Assembly (NCBI GenBank): GCA_036782755.1
Contig: DAIPYL010000006.1
Coordinates: forward strand, 1 to 48,395
Origin: Jeotgalicoccus sp.
GTDB taxonomy: Bacteria > Bacillota > Bacilli > Staphylococcales > Salinicoccaceae
Direction: 5' to 3'
DNA length: 48,395 nt
Of the stretch, positions 17,846 through 28,124 are shown piece by piece. The notes beneath the pieces were generated by a model. It made no database searches, was not told where the DNA came from, and saw only the letters and a program-made list of their open reading frames with translations. Each line of letters opens with the position of its first letter. Within the stretch, counting starts at the first letter, position 1. A program made the translations under genes and the position numbers.

Positions 17846-19207
17846 ATGTCGATACAATCAATAGTTGAAAATCAGCGTGAATATTATTATAAAAACCATA
17901 CCAAATCAGTCAGTTTCCGCATACGCCAGTTAAAGAAGCTGAAAGCTGCCATTCAGGCTAATGAAAGAATGGTTCTGGAGGCCGTAAATAAAGACCTCGG
18001 AAAATCCGAAGCCGAAGCATATATGACAGAGCTCGGCATTGTTTATAAAGAATTTGACTACGTTATTAAAAATCTCAGGAAATGGAATAACCCAAAGAAA
18101 GTTTCAGGCTCAATGATGAGTTTCCCGGCGAAAAATTATATCTACCGTGATCCGTACGGCGTGGTACTTATTTTATCACCGTGGAACTATCCTTTTAATT
18201 TAACGATGATGCCGCTGATTGGTGCGATCGCAGGAGGTAACTGTGTTCTCGTTAAACCTTCTGAAACAAGTCCGCATACAGCTGCAATTATAGAGAAAAT
18301 CCTAAATTATACTTTCAGCGATGAATATGTTTACTGTGCACCTGCAGATACACCGCACGATGAAGTAAATGAGCAGCAGTATGACTATATATTCTTTACA
18401 GGCAGCACGAGTGTCGGCAAAGAGATTATGGGTATAGCCAGCAAAACACTGACTCCTGTAACACTGGAACTTGGCGGCAAAAGCCCTGCTGTAGTCGACG
18501 AAACAGCAAATATCGATGTTGCGGTTAAACGGATTGCCTGGGGTAAATTTGTTAACGCAGGACAGACATGCGTTGCACCCGACCATGTGATTATTCACAG
18601 TTCGAAGAAACAGGAATTTATCGACCGCATGCTTGCTGAAATTGAAGAACGCTACAGCAATGCTGTCCACAGAGATGACTATCCTAAGATTATTAATGAA
18701 AAGCATTTTACGCGTCTGTCAGGATTACTCGAAAATGAAATGGTACTTGGAGGCAGTTTAAATGTACATGAGCAGAAAATCGCACCTGCACTAATACCGG
18801 ACAGCACATTTGACTCACCCGCAATGGAAGAGGAAATCTTCGGTCCGATTCTGCCGATTATTACGTATGATAATCTTGAAGACCTGATTGTCCACCAGCA
18901 GACACTGCCTAAACCGCTCGCGTTCTATATCTTTTCTGAAAATGAAATTAATACTGAAGCACTGCTGTCAAGACTGTCATTCGGCGGCGGCTGTGTGAAT
19001 GATACCATTATGCATCTGTCACACCATGACCTGCCGTTTGGCGGCGTTGGTGCCAGCGGTATGGGACATTATCACGGTAAGTATTCATTCGACACGTTTA
19101 CACATGAAAAGAGTGTCGTGAAGAACAGCACATTAATTGATATTCCTGTTCGTTATGCACCATTTAACGAAGCAAAAACCAAGCTTTTCAGAAAGTTTTT
19201 AAGTTAG
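17846..19207 (+). CDS. Aldehyde dehydrogenase (ALDH3/YwdH-like)
   Basis: PWNYP, KPSE, FTGS, LELGGKSP, NAGQTCVAPD, EEIFGP, PFGGVG.SG. Confidence 0.95.
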   Translation: MSIQSIVENQREYYYKNHTKSVSFRIRQLKKLKAAIQANERMVLEAVNKDLGKSEAEAYMTELGIVYKEFDYVIKNLRKWNNPKKVSGSMMSFPAKNYIYRDPYGVVLILSPWNYPFNLTMMPLIGAIAGGNCVLVKPSETSPHTAAIIEKILNYTFSDEYVYCAPADTPHDEVNEQQYDYIFFTGSTSVGKEIMGIASKTLTPVTLELGGKSPAVVDETANIDVAVKRIAWGKFVNAGQTCVAPDHVIIHSSKKQEFIDRMLAEIEERYSNAVHRDDYPKIINEKHFTRLSGLLENEMVLGGSLNVHEQKIAPALIPDSTFDSPAMEEEIFGPILPIITYDNLEDLIVHQQTLPKPLAFYIFSENEINTEALLSRLSFGGGCVNDTIMHLSHHDLPFGGVGASGMGHYHGKYSFDTFTHEKSVVKNSTLIDIPVRYAPFNEAKTKLFRKFLS

Positions 19208-19243
19208 ACTGAAATTAACAACACATTTAAGGAGTGTATTTAG

Positions 19244-19909
19244 ATGAGTATTTTAGTTATCGGAGCAAACGGCGGGGTCGGAACACACCTCGTACAGCAG
19301 CTTAAAGAAAATTCTGCGGACTTTACAGCAGGTGTCCGTAAAGATGAACAAGTTTCGGATCTGAACAATAAAGATGTAAAAGCATTATTAATCGATGTTG
19401 AGAAAGATTCCATCGAAGAACTCGCAGAAAAAATGAAAGGCTTTGAACAGGTTGTCTTTTCAGTAGGCTCAGGCGGCAGCACAGGTGCCGAACAGACTAT
19501 TATCGTTGATCTGGACGGGGCTGTAAAAGCTGTTGATGCAAGCAAAGAGGCAGGCGTTGAACATTTCGTTATGGTGTCAACATGGGACTCAAGAAGAGAA
19601 GCATTCGATACACCTGATGCACAAAAAATTAAACCATATACGATCGCCAAGCATCACGCTGATGTGCACTTAAGAAATTCGGGACTGACGCACACGATTG
19701 TACACCCTGGTATGCTTACAGATGAAGCAGGTTCAGGCAAGGTCGACGTAGATTTATACTTCGATGACATTAAAGATGTTGCACGCGAAAACGTTGCGCA
19801 CGTACTTTATGAAGTAGTTACGAATAAAGAAAATCGGGGCAAAGAATTCCAGGTCCTGGACGGCAGTACTGATGCAGCGGAAGCTGTTAAGAACTTTAAT
19901 AATAAATAA
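19244..19909 (+). CDS. Atypical SDR / NAD(P)-binding oxidoreductase (YhfK-like)
   Basis: GANGGVG, VDLDGA, YTIAK, HPG.L. Confidence 0.85.
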   Translation: MSILVIGANGGVGTHLVQQLKENSADFTAGVRKDEQVSDLNNKDVKALLIDVEKDSIEELAEKMKGFEQVVFSVGSGGSTGAEQTIIVDLDGAVKAVDASKEAGVEHFVMVSTWDSRREAFDTPDAQKIKPYTIAKHHADVHLRNSGLTHTIVHPGMLTDEAGSGKVDVDLYFDDIKDVARENVAHVLYEVVTNKENRGKEFQVLDGSTDAAEAVKNFNNK

Positions 19910-19916
19910 TGATATT

Positions 19917-19952
19917 AAAAAAGGCAGAAATCCAAATGGATTTCTGCCTTTT
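19917..19952. terminator. Bidirectional terminator
   Basis: AAAAGGCAGAAATCCA-AA-TGGATTTCTGCCTTTT. Confidence 0.8.
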
Positions 19953-19958
19953 CTCATT

Positions 19959-21368
19959 TTATGACCATCCTGTAATCTGTGCGATTGTTAATGCACTTAA
20001 AGAAATCACCATGAAGATTATAAACAGCGGGAAGAAGAATCTGATCCACTTGTGCCATTCTACTCCTGCCAGTGCCAGCGCAGCCATAAAGTATCCGCTC
20101 GTCGGATATAAAATATGTGCGAATCCGTCACCCAGCTGGAATGCAAGAACTGCTGTCTGGCGTGTTACGTTAACCATATCAGCGAGCGGCGCCATAATCG
20201 GCATTGTTACTAACGCCTGGCCTGATCCTGAAGGGATAACGAAGTTAATAAGCAGCTGGACAAAGTACATACCTGCCGCAGCAAGTACCGGCGGTAATTC
20301 CCCGACTACAGTACCCAGTCCGTTAACGATTGTATCCATAACCTGACCGTCTTCCAGTATTACTGCAACTGAACGTGCCAGGCCGACGATAATCGCACCC
20401 ATTAATACTTCTCTGAAACCTTTAGTAAATGCTTCACTGATACTCGTAAGGTTTAAACCTGAAATAAGACCGACAGTTACACCCATAATAATGAACAGCC
20501 CTGCCATTTCAATCATGAACCAGCCCTGCGTTGTTACTCCCCAAATCAGAATACCGAAAAAGATTAAGATAAAAAATGCTCCGGCAATCTGACGCTTAGT
20601 TGCAGTTAATGGTGCAGAATCCCCGATAGCTGAGTACATTTCACGTTTCTCTGCATCATCTTCATACACTAAACTTGCTTCCGGATTTTTCTGTACTTTT
20701 CTGGCATACCTCATTATAAATAACGCTGTTACTGCTAAGACGATAACAAATAGTATCAATCTGAATCCAAGTCCTGAGAACGTTGGAATTTCTGCGATTG
20801 TCTGTGCAAGCCCTGTATTAATAGGGTTCAGCACGCCCACTGTATATCCGATTACCGTTCCGCAGAGCGCTATCGCAGCGGCGGTCATCGAATCATAGCC
20901 AAGAGCGATAACCAGCGGAATAATGACCGGGATATAAACCAGTGACAATTCTGCTGTACCGATTAATGTCGCAACTGCAGCAAATACTGCAACGAGCACC
21001 GGTATAATAAAAATACTTTTCTTCGAAAACTTACGCGCCATTTTATCAACAGCGATTTCTATAATCCCGCTTTCACGCAGTACCATAAACATTCCGCCGA
21101 TAATCAGCGTGAAGAATACAACTTCACCTGCGTCGACAAGTCCGCGCGGAATTGCCGTTATAAATTCCGTTAAGCCTGTCGGTGTCGATTCAAGATATGT
21201 AAATGATTCCGGATCTACTGCTGCACGGCCGTTTTCCAATTCAATACGGTCGAATTCACCAGCTGGAATTAAATAAGTTGCAGCTGCTGCAACGATACCG
21301 AATACAAATAATATTACATAGATATGCGGCATTTTGAATCCGCTTTTCTTTTTCTGATCATTGCTCAT
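19959..21368 (-). CDS. YfcC family (DcuC/ArcD-like) transporter
   Basis: MPH.Y, IPAGEF, LGYD, NP.NTG.AQ.IA, IPSGSGQA.VTMPI.APLAD, FQLGDG, PTSG. Confidence 0.88.
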   Translation of the reverse strand: MSNDQKKKSGFKMPHIYVILFVFGIVAAAATYLIPAGEFDRIELENGRAAVDPESFTYLESTPTGLTEFITAIPRGLVDAGEVVFFTLIIGGMFMVLRESGIIEIAVDKMARKFSKKSIFIIPVLVAVFAAVATLIGTAELSLVYIPVIIPLVIALGYDSMTAAAIALCGTVIGYTVGVLNPINTGLAQTIAEIPTFSGLGFRLILFVIVLAVTALFIMRYARKVQKNPEASLVYEDDAEKREMYSAIGDSAPLTATKRQIAGAFFILIFFGILIWGVTTQGWFMIEMAGLFIIMGVTVGLISGLNLTSISEAFTKGFREVLMGAIIVGLARSVAVILEDGQVMDTIVNGLGTVVGELPPVLAAAGMYFVQLLINFVIPSGSGQALVTMPIMAPLADMVNVTRQTAVLAFQLGDGFAHILYPTSGYFMAALALAGVEWHKWIRFFFPLFIIFMVISLSALTIAQITGWS

Positions 21369-21466
21369 ATGTAAACTTCCTTTTTTATTTTTCATTGTAA
21401 CTCATATGAACTCTGCCTAAAAGTACTAAAGTGGATAAAAAAAGACGAGTCTATGACCCATCTTCT

Positions 21467-22147
21467 CTAAGATTCGATAATTTTACCATCTTTCATCTCA
21501 ACAATACGTTCTGCATACTCCAGCATATCGTTATCGTGCGTAACCATCAGCACTGTAATATTTAATTCCCGTGCCAGTCTCTCAATTAATTCTATCACTT
21601 CAACCGAACGTTTTGAATCGAGACTTGCCGTCGGTTCATCGGCAAATAGTATTTGAGGTTCATGGATAATTGCACGGGCAATTGCCACACGCTGTTTTTC
21701 TCCGCCTGATAAGTTTTCAGGATAGCTGTCTTTATGCTCCCGCATATCGACAGTTGTCAGCGCATCTTCGATACGTGCCGCTCTCGATTTTTTGGACCAT
21801 TTCGTTTCAGCAGTATCAAGCATCAGCTCAAGCTGTTCTCTCACAGTAAGGAATGGTACAAGGTGAGCGTGCTGGAAAACAAAACCGAAATGCTTCGCTC
21901 TGATTTCACGGACACCTTCTGCGTTCATTGCCGACATATTTTTTCCGCCGAATGTAATTGAACCGTCGCTTAAGTCCTGCAGTCCCGCGGCGATTGTTAA
22001 GAGCGTACTTTTACCGGAACCCGAAGCACCGACCAGTGCCGTCAGTTCTCCTTTATTTAATTCGAGATCGATACCTTTTAAGATTTGTTCTTTCGTACTG
22101 CCGTGCTTGAATTCTTTTTTAATATCTTCTAATTGGAATAAACTCAT
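21467..22147 (-). CDS. hrtA: Heme-regulated ABC exporter ATPase
   Basis: GASGSGKST, LSGGEKQRVAIARA, ADEPTASLD; follows hrtB and an HssR box. Confidence 0.8.
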   Translation of the reverse strand: MSLFQLEDIKKEFKHGSTKEQILKGIDLELNKGELTALVGASGSGKSTLLTIAAGLQDLSDGSITFGGKNMSAMNAEGVREIRAKHFGFVFQHAHLVPFLTVREQLELMLDTAETKWSKKSRAARIEDALTTVDMREHKDSYPENLSGGEKQRVAIARAIIHEPQILFADEPTASLDSKRSVEVIELIERLARELNITVLMVTHDNDMLEYAERIVEMKDGKIIES

Positions 22148-22148
22148 T

Positions 22149-23177
22149 TTATGCGCCTCCCTGGTTAATTGCCTGCATCGGTTCTACCTGCTTTATCTGA
22201 ATACCTGACAGTGTCGCACCAATGAATCCGATAATCATGAATGCCCCTGATGACAGCAGCACCATGCTCGCTGTTAAGTGGAACGGCATACCGCTCGGTG
22301 CGAACATGTTAAATAACTGGCTGACGCCGACAGCTAAGAGCAGTGAAATAATTGTGATGATAAACATCTGTGTCCACATCATCTTGAACAGCGTAAATGT
22401 TTTCACGCCGATTGCTTTTAAAATACCGAATGTACCAAGTTTCTGAACGTTAATCATGTAAAAGAATATCGCAAATAACATTCCGCTGATTACGTACAGG
22501 AAAATAATAATCATGTTCAATGACATCTGTTCTGCGCTGTAACTTGGAATTGTATTTAGAAAATCCCCGTTATTAAAGTGTGAAAGTTCGTCCACCGGCT
22601 CTTCTGCCGCCGTAGTAAATGCCAGCTGGAATGTATCCGTTCTGTACATTTCAAAGAAATCTTCGCTGTTAATAAATCCGACTGGAGAGTGGCTGAATTT
22701 TTCCTGTTCGGCAAAGCCTGTAATTGTCAAATCTTTATCCATTAGGCTTGTTGAAACAGTATCTCCAACTTCAAATCCTTCTTCCTGGAACGACTGATCC
22801 ACTACAATTTCACCAGGTGCTGTTTCCGGGAAAATTACTGAGTCATCGGCACTCACATATGCCAGACTGTGTTTTTTATCTTCATTATCCTGGAACTCAC
22901 CCATTTGAATCGAGAATAATGTAACATCTGAGTCTGCATCTTTAAGACTGTCAATCTGCTCATCAGACAGTGCTGAGAAACTGTGATTCTCTTCTGCACT
23001 CTCTTCCATATAAAACGTACCTTCCGGCATATTTTTAATTAATGCCGCATTATCCTGTGACAAACCGCTCGCGAGCCCCGATATACTTAATGTTAAAAGA
23101 CTGATTAAAAATATAATCGATCCGAGAATCGTATACCGCAGTTTGTATTTTTTCATTTCTTTCCATGCCATCTTCAT
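22149..23177 (-). CDS. hrtB: Heme-regulated ABC exporter permease (FtsX/MacB-like)
   Basis: MKMAWKE.K.YK.RY, SGLA.GL..DN, FFY...QK...GILKAIG. Confidence 0.82.
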   Translation of the reverse strand: MKMAWKEMKKYKLRYTILGSIIFLISLLTLSISGLASGLSQDNAALIKNMPEGTFYMEESAEENHSFSALSDEQIDSLKDADSDVTLFSIQMGEFQDNEDKKHSLAYVSADDSVIFPETAPGEIVVDQSFQEEGFEVGDTVSTSLMDKDLTITGFAEQEKFSHSPVGFINSEDFFEMYRTDTFQLAFTTAAEEPVDELSHFNNGDFLNTIPSYSAEQMSLNMIIIFLYVISGMLFAIFFYMINVQKLGTFGILKAIGVKTFTLFKMMWTQMFIITIISLLLAVGVSQLFNMFAPSGMPFHLTASMVLLSSGAFMIIGFIGATLSGIQIKQVEPMQAINQGGA

Positions 23178-23224
23178 TAAAAAATCCTCCTCGTAATCAT
23201 CTGTGAGTCATACTCTACACGCGG

Positions 23225-23244
23225 AATATGAACTCACTATGAAC
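23225..23244 (-). promoter_or_regulatory. HssR binding direct repeat
   Basis: Minus strand GTTCATAGT-GA-GTTCATATT against the known GTTCATATT-N2-GTTCATATT, upstream of hrtB. Confidence 0.85.
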
Positions 23245-23259
23245 GAGGAGGAAAAAATA

Positions 23260-24645
23260 TTATTCTGCTGTATCAACCGGCAGTCTGACTGTAAAGACAG
23301 TGCCGTTTTCGCTGCTTCTTACATTAATTGAACCATTATGCAGTTCGAGAATCTTTTTAACGATGGACAGACCAAGACCTGTACCGCTGACACTGCTCGT
23401 ACGAGCAGTATCCACACGGTAAAATCTGTCGAATATCTTATCGATGCTCACGGTATCAATACCTTCGCCGGTATCGCTTATTCTGATTACAGTGTGTGCT
23501 TTATAACGGGTCATCTCTATATCGATGCTCCCTGCGTCGCCGTTATACTTAACAGCATTCGACAGCAGGTTATCCCACACCGTGTTCATCAGCGCTTTGT
23601 CCGCCATAATTTCAGTATCCTGAAGTTTATGCGACAGCATCAGTCCTTTTTCGTTAATCTTCCACTCGTATACTTTAATCAGCCGCTCCAGCTGTTCTCT
23701 TAAATTATAAGATTCCTTGCGGAGCAGATAATCTTCATGATCAATAGAAGATAAAATGAGCAGCTGTTCTGTCATCGTTGACAGTCTGTCTATTTCAAAA
23801 TCGACAGTTTCAGTATATTCGCTCCGCTCTGCTGCCGTGAGCGGTTTATTTAACAGCTTGTTATAACCTTTAATACTCGACAGAGGCGACTGGATATCGT
23901 GGGATATGTTCGAAATGAAATCCCTTTGTATTTTATCGTTGTATTCAATCTGTCTCGACATCCGCACAAAGTTGGATGACAGTTCTCCAAGTTCGTCCCT
24001 GCGGTTCGTATCAAGGTCGTGCACAGAATAGTCTCCTGCTGCAAGCAGCTTCGTGGCTTCACTCAGTTTCGTTACAGGTTTAATCAGGAAATGCGCACTG
24101 ATAAATACCAGCACAATACTTAACAGCACAGTCAGCATAAACAGAATTCCGAATAACAGATGCATCTCATTAAATAAGAGATTAATATCCGGGCGGATAA
24201 ATAATGCGTATGCTGTACCGTCATGATTTACCGGCACACCGATAGTGTTCGTCAATTCATTGGCAAAAAATCCGGTCACAAATATTTCCGCCTCAAAATT
24301 CGCCATACCATGATACGTTTCACCGTTAAGCACGCTTTTCACAACATTCGAAGACAGATTATGGTCGTTAAAGTCTGCACCGAAGAACGATTTATGCGCC
24401 TCACCGTCCGCAAGGTACATCTGGTAGCCTGAAGCAGCGACAGTCGACAGATAATCTTCGATCTGCACATCTGGATTGCCTTCTATAAATTCAGCGATTT
24501 CTGCTGCAATCACCGTATTCTTTTCATCATTGCTGTCTTTTAAATTAAATTGATAGTACGCATTCGACACAACAAATGCGATAAAGAAACTGAGTATCAT
24601 GATGCCGAGCGTCATCATGACAAATTTTACATATAACGACTTCAT
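23260..24645 (-). CDS. hssS: Heme sensor histidine kinase
   Basis: Two TM helices, VTGFF.N...NTIG, FIRPDI, HAMP, SHDIQSPL, NAVKY, DTGEG, GTGLGL. Confidence 0.87.
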   Translation of the reverse strand: MKSLYVKFVMMTLGIMILSFFIAFVVSNAYYQFNLKDSNDEKNTVIAAEIAEFIEGNPDVQIEDYLSTVAASGYQMYLADGEAHKSFFGADFNDHNLSSNVVKSVLNGETYHGMANFEAEIFVTGFFANELTNTIGVPVNHDGTAYALFIRPDINLLFNEMHLLFGILFMLTVLLSIVLVFISAHFLIKPVTKLSEATKLLAAGDYSVHDLDTNRRDELGELSSNFVRMSRQIEYNDKIQRDFISNISHDIQSPLSSIKGYNKLLNKPLTAAERSEYTETVDFEIDRLSTMTEQLLILSSIDHEDYLLRKESYNLREQLERLIKVYEWKINEKGLMLSHKLQDTEIMADKALMNTVWDNLLSNAVKYNGDAGSIDIEMTRYKAHTVIRISDTGEGIDTVSIDKIFDRFYRVDTARTSSVSGTGLGLSIVKKILELHNGSINVRSSENGTVFTVRLPVDTAE

Positions 24646-25319
24646 ACAGACGGCTCCAGGAAGTATCCGACACCCCGCACGGTCTTAATCGTAAAATCTT
24701 CCGTCAGTTTAGTAAATCTCGTTCTGAGTCTTTTAATGTGAACGTCCACAGTGCGCTCGTCCCCTTCATAAAAAATGCCCCAGATCTGCTCGATTAACTG
24801 TTCACGGGAAAACACCTGACCGGGATGTTCCGCCAGCAGCTGCAGCAGCTCGAATTCTTTCAGCGGCAGCATATACGTCTTATCTTCGATTTCAACAGTA
24901 TAATTGTCGGGATAAATGCTGACATTGCCGATTCGGATTGAGTCTGTTTCGCCTTCAGCTTTATAGCGGCGGAGCAGCGCTTCAATTCTGAAGATCAGTT
25001 CCTGCGGTTCAAACGGCTTCACGAGATAATCATCCGTACCCGCTTTAAAACCTTCCGCCTTATCATCAATATGGCTTTTCGCTGTTAATATAATTACAGG
25101 AATATCATACTCTTCCCTTATTGCTTTTGTCAGCTCAAGACCGTCCATATAAGGCATCATGACATCGACCACTGCAAGAGAACACGGGGCTTCCTTCAGG
25201 CGTGCAAGCGCCTGTCTGCCGTCGTTCGCAGCTGCAACACGGTATCCGGCTTCAGTTAAATTCAGCGTTACAAACTTTACAATATTCGGATCGTCGTCAA
25301 CGACTAATATTCTCTCCAT
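24642..25319 (-). CDS. hssR: Heme response regulator (OmpR family)
   Basis: VVDVMMP, LTAK, GTDDYLVKPF, LPLKEFELL, RTVDVHIKRLR. Confidence 0.87.
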   Translation of the reverse strand: MERILVVDDDPNIVKFVTLNLTEAGYRVAAANDGRQALARLKEAPCSLAVVDVMMPYMDGLELTKAIREEYDIPVIILTAKSHIDDKAEGFKAGTDDYLVKPFEPQELIFRIEALLRRYKAEGETDSIRIGNVSIYPDNYTVEIEDKTYMLPLKEFELLQLLAEHPGQVFSREQLIEQIWGIFYEGDERTVDVHIKRLRTRFTKLTEDFTIKTVRGVGYFLEPSV

Positions 25320-25436
25320 ACCGCTCCTCCTCAGGCTGTTATTACCAGTATTATATCACCATTTTAAAAATCCTTAAGTTCAGATTACTCATTAAAAAAA
25401 CCATCCGCTGATGCGGATGGCTATACAATTATTAAA

Positions 25437-26579
25437 TTATACGGCTGTACTTAAGCGCGGGATAAAGATTTCGTAGTGAATACGTCCTTTATCAACGCCT
25501 GCTTTTCCTAATTCCTTAACGATTGACTGAATGAATGTCACACCGCCGCAGACGTAAATTTCCTGTTCGTCTTTAAGGAATTTCTGAAGCTCATCACTCA
25601 TCAGGAAGCCTTCTTTGTCTCTTACGTGAGTGTGCAGCTCTGCATTTTCAGCTTCTGCGATATTTTTAAGTTCAACTTCAAATGCAATATTGTCTGCATT
25701 GTCAGATACCTGGATGAACTGCGCGTCAGCATTCGCACCTGCTGTTTCACGGTACATTGGGAATAACGGCGTTACACCGATGCCTGAACCGATGAACAGC
25801 TGAGGTTTATCAGCATTTTCAACACCGAATACACCAACAGGCGCCGATAAATTAATCGTGTCGCCTGTATTCACTTCTTCATGCAGGTATGTCGATACTT
25901 CACCGCGGTTGCCGTTAAGATTTTCTTTTCTTACCGCGAAAGTCAGCTTGCCGTCCTGAACATCGACGATTGAGTAGTGGCGTTTTGCTCTGTAAGGCAG
26001 TCCCGGAACCTGAACATCTACTGTGATGTACTGTCCTGCTGAATACGGGATATCTGTAATGTCATCAGATTTAACTGTGAATGATTTAATAATACCTGTT
26101 TCTTCACGGACACCGATAACTTCAAATGGCTTGAAGCTTTCCCATGCCATACCTGCATAGATATCTTTTTCAATTCCGATAAATGCATCGGCAATCTCAC
26201 CATATGCTTTACCCCAAGTCTGGATAATCGGATCATCAGCTTCCAGACCTGTAACTTCCTGAATAGCAGCAAGCAGGTTTTCACCTACGATTGGATAATG
26301 TTCAGGCAGTACTTCAAGTCCGCAGTGCTTGTGTGCAATCGGCATTACTACCGGTACGATCGGCGTTAAGTCCTCAATATGCTGTGCAGCTGCAAGTACT
26401 GCAGTTGCAAGTGCAGTCGACTGCAGCCCCTGTTTATGGTTAGGCTGGTTAAACATGTTGCGCAGCTCAGGATGATTTTCAAACATTCTCTTGTAGAATT
26501 TAGAAGTAATTTCAACACCTTTATCTTGTAAAATCGGAATTGTACTGTGAATAATTTCGATTTCTTCCTTGTTGACCAT
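25437..26579 (-). CDS. hmp: Flavohemoprotein (NO dioxygenase)
   Basis: Globin FY.RMF..HPEL...FN, AHKH, HYPIVGENLL; FAD domain GQYI, RHYS, GEVS; GIGVTP, YVCG. Confidence 0.92.
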   Translation of the reverse strand: MVNKEEIEIIHSTIPILQDKGVEITSKFYKRMFENHPELRNMFNQPNHKQGLQSTALATAVLAAAQHIEDLTPIVPVVMPIAHKHCGLEVLPEHYPIVGENLLAAIQEVTGLEADDPIIQTWGKAYGEIADAFIGIEKDIYAGMAWESFKPFEVIGVREETGIIKSFTVKSDDITDIPYSAGQYITVDVQVPGLPYRAKRHYSIVDVQDGKLTFAVRKENLNGNRGEVSTYLHEEVNTGDTINLSAPVGVFGVENADKPQLFIGSGIGVTPLFPMYRETAGANADAQFIQVSDNADNIAFEVELKNIAEAENAELHTHVRDKEGFLMSDELQKFLKDEQEIYVCGGVTFIQSIVKELGKAGVDKGRIHYEIFIPRLSTAV

Positions 26580-26753
26580 ATAAAACACTCCTAATTTGTT
26601 GTATTTATTACATTATCTAATACTTCTTCACTTATCTCAACAGAACACGCTTTCATTGTTAAAATTTTCACAAATAGATGAATATTTTTTGACATCCCAT
26701 TAAAAGTATAGAAAAAAGACGTGAATCGGAGTAAAATTCACGTCTTGAAAAAT

Positions 26754-28109
26754 TTACACTGCAGCCGCTTCTTTTACTTTTCTGAAACGGCCTTTCTGAA
26801 CTTCGGTACCATACTGTTCCTGCACAAATAGCAGCGCACAGAATGCAGTAATACAAGGTAAAGCGAATCCTAAAAACGACAGCTGTGCGGGCATATTAGT
26901 CATCAGCACCCAGCCGATCAGGAGCGGTCCTGTAATTGAACCGATGCGTCCCATACCGACAGCAATGCTTAAACCGGAACCGCGTATATCCGACGGATAG
27001 AACATCGTTATATAAGGGTTAATCAGGTTTTGTGAACCGGCTGTGCATGCGCCTGCTACTGCTATAAGAACAAACAGCAGTACTGTGGAGCCCGTCAGGC
27101 TTAACAGGACAAATGCTGCTGCACCTGTTCCGAGAAGCGTCAGGAGTACATTGCGGTGGCCGATTTTATCCACCATATAGCCTCCGGCGAGAGAACCCGA
27201 CATCTGGCCGACTGCCAGTGTCATCGTAAAGATCATCGCCGATGATACCCCGTAGCCGGATTCCTGCATGATATTCGGCAGCCATGTACCAAGGCCCGAA
27301 ATCATCATGAGGCAGCTTATTACTGCAATCCAGAACATAATTGTCGACAGTGCTTTCCGTTCACTGAATATTTTCTTAAACGGCAGACCTTTTTCTACAC
27401 TAGCCGTATCCGGTATTGCATACTCGTCAGCAGCACTGTATTTGTCAGTCCCTGTCGCTCTGTTTAAAATATCTGCAATTTTTTCTTTATTTCCCCGTGC
27501 GAGATGGAATGAGATTGATTCAGGGAATTGCTTCAGGAAGAACGGCGTTATAACTACTGTAAAAATACTAACCCAGAAAAACAGTCTCCAGCTTAAATAC
27601 TCAAGGAAGTAAATCCCAAGAAGCGATGCACCAATCGTACCGATTGAATACCCGCAATACATCAAAGCAACAATCATCGCACGGTTTTTACGCGGCGAGT
27701 ATTCAGCCATCAGTGAAATAACAGCAGGCATTAATCCCCCCATACCAATTGACGCGATAAAACGGAAGATTACAAAGACCTTTTCATTCGGCGCAAAACC
27801 GGCAAGGAAGTTGAATAAGCCGATAATCACAAGACAGATTGCCAACACTCTTTTACGGCCGATTACATCAGTCATCGTGCCTAATACAAATGTCCCAATC
27901 ATCATACCCATCATGGCGTAGCTGCCTATCGCACCCGCTGTCGCAGGTGTAATTTCAAAATCGCTCATCATTTGCGGCAGTCCAAGTCCGTAAACTGCAA
28001 TATCAAATCCGTCAGAAGCAATTGCGATAAAACACCATATAAACACGAGCAGGTGGAATTTGTTGAATTTACTGTTTGCAATAACCGTTTCCGGGTTAAT
28101 AGTTGCCAT
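26754..28109 (-). CDS. MFS transporter, aromatic acid:H+ symporter family (BenK/PcaK-like)
   Basis: DGFD in TM1, DVIGRK, RF...GMGG.MP, EYSP.K.R, LPES-like motif, WLP, YP..IR. Confidence 0.82.
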   Translation of the reverse strand: MATINPETVIANSKFNKFHLLVFIWCFIAIASDGFDIAVYGLGLPQMMSDFEITPATAGAIGSYAMMGMMIGTFVLGTMTDVIGRKRVLAICLVIIGLFNFLAGFAPNEKVFVIFRFIASIGMGGLMPAVISLMAEYSPRKNRAMIVALMYCGYSIGTIGASLLGIYFLEYLSWRLFFWVSIFTVVITPFFLKQFPESISFHLARGNKEKIADILNRATGTDKYSAADEYAIPDTASVEKGLPFKKIFSERKALSTIMFWIAVISCLMMISGLGTWLPNIMQESGYGVSSAMIFTMTLAVGQMSGSLAGGYMVDKIGHRNVLLTLLGTGAAAFVLLSLTGSTVLLFVLIAVAGACTAGSQNLINPYITMFYPSDIRGSGLSIAVGMGRIGSITGPLLIGWVLMTNMPAQLSFLGFALPCITAFCALLFVQEQYGTEVQKGRFRKVKEAAAV

Positions 28110-28124
28110 TCACATGTCCCCTTT

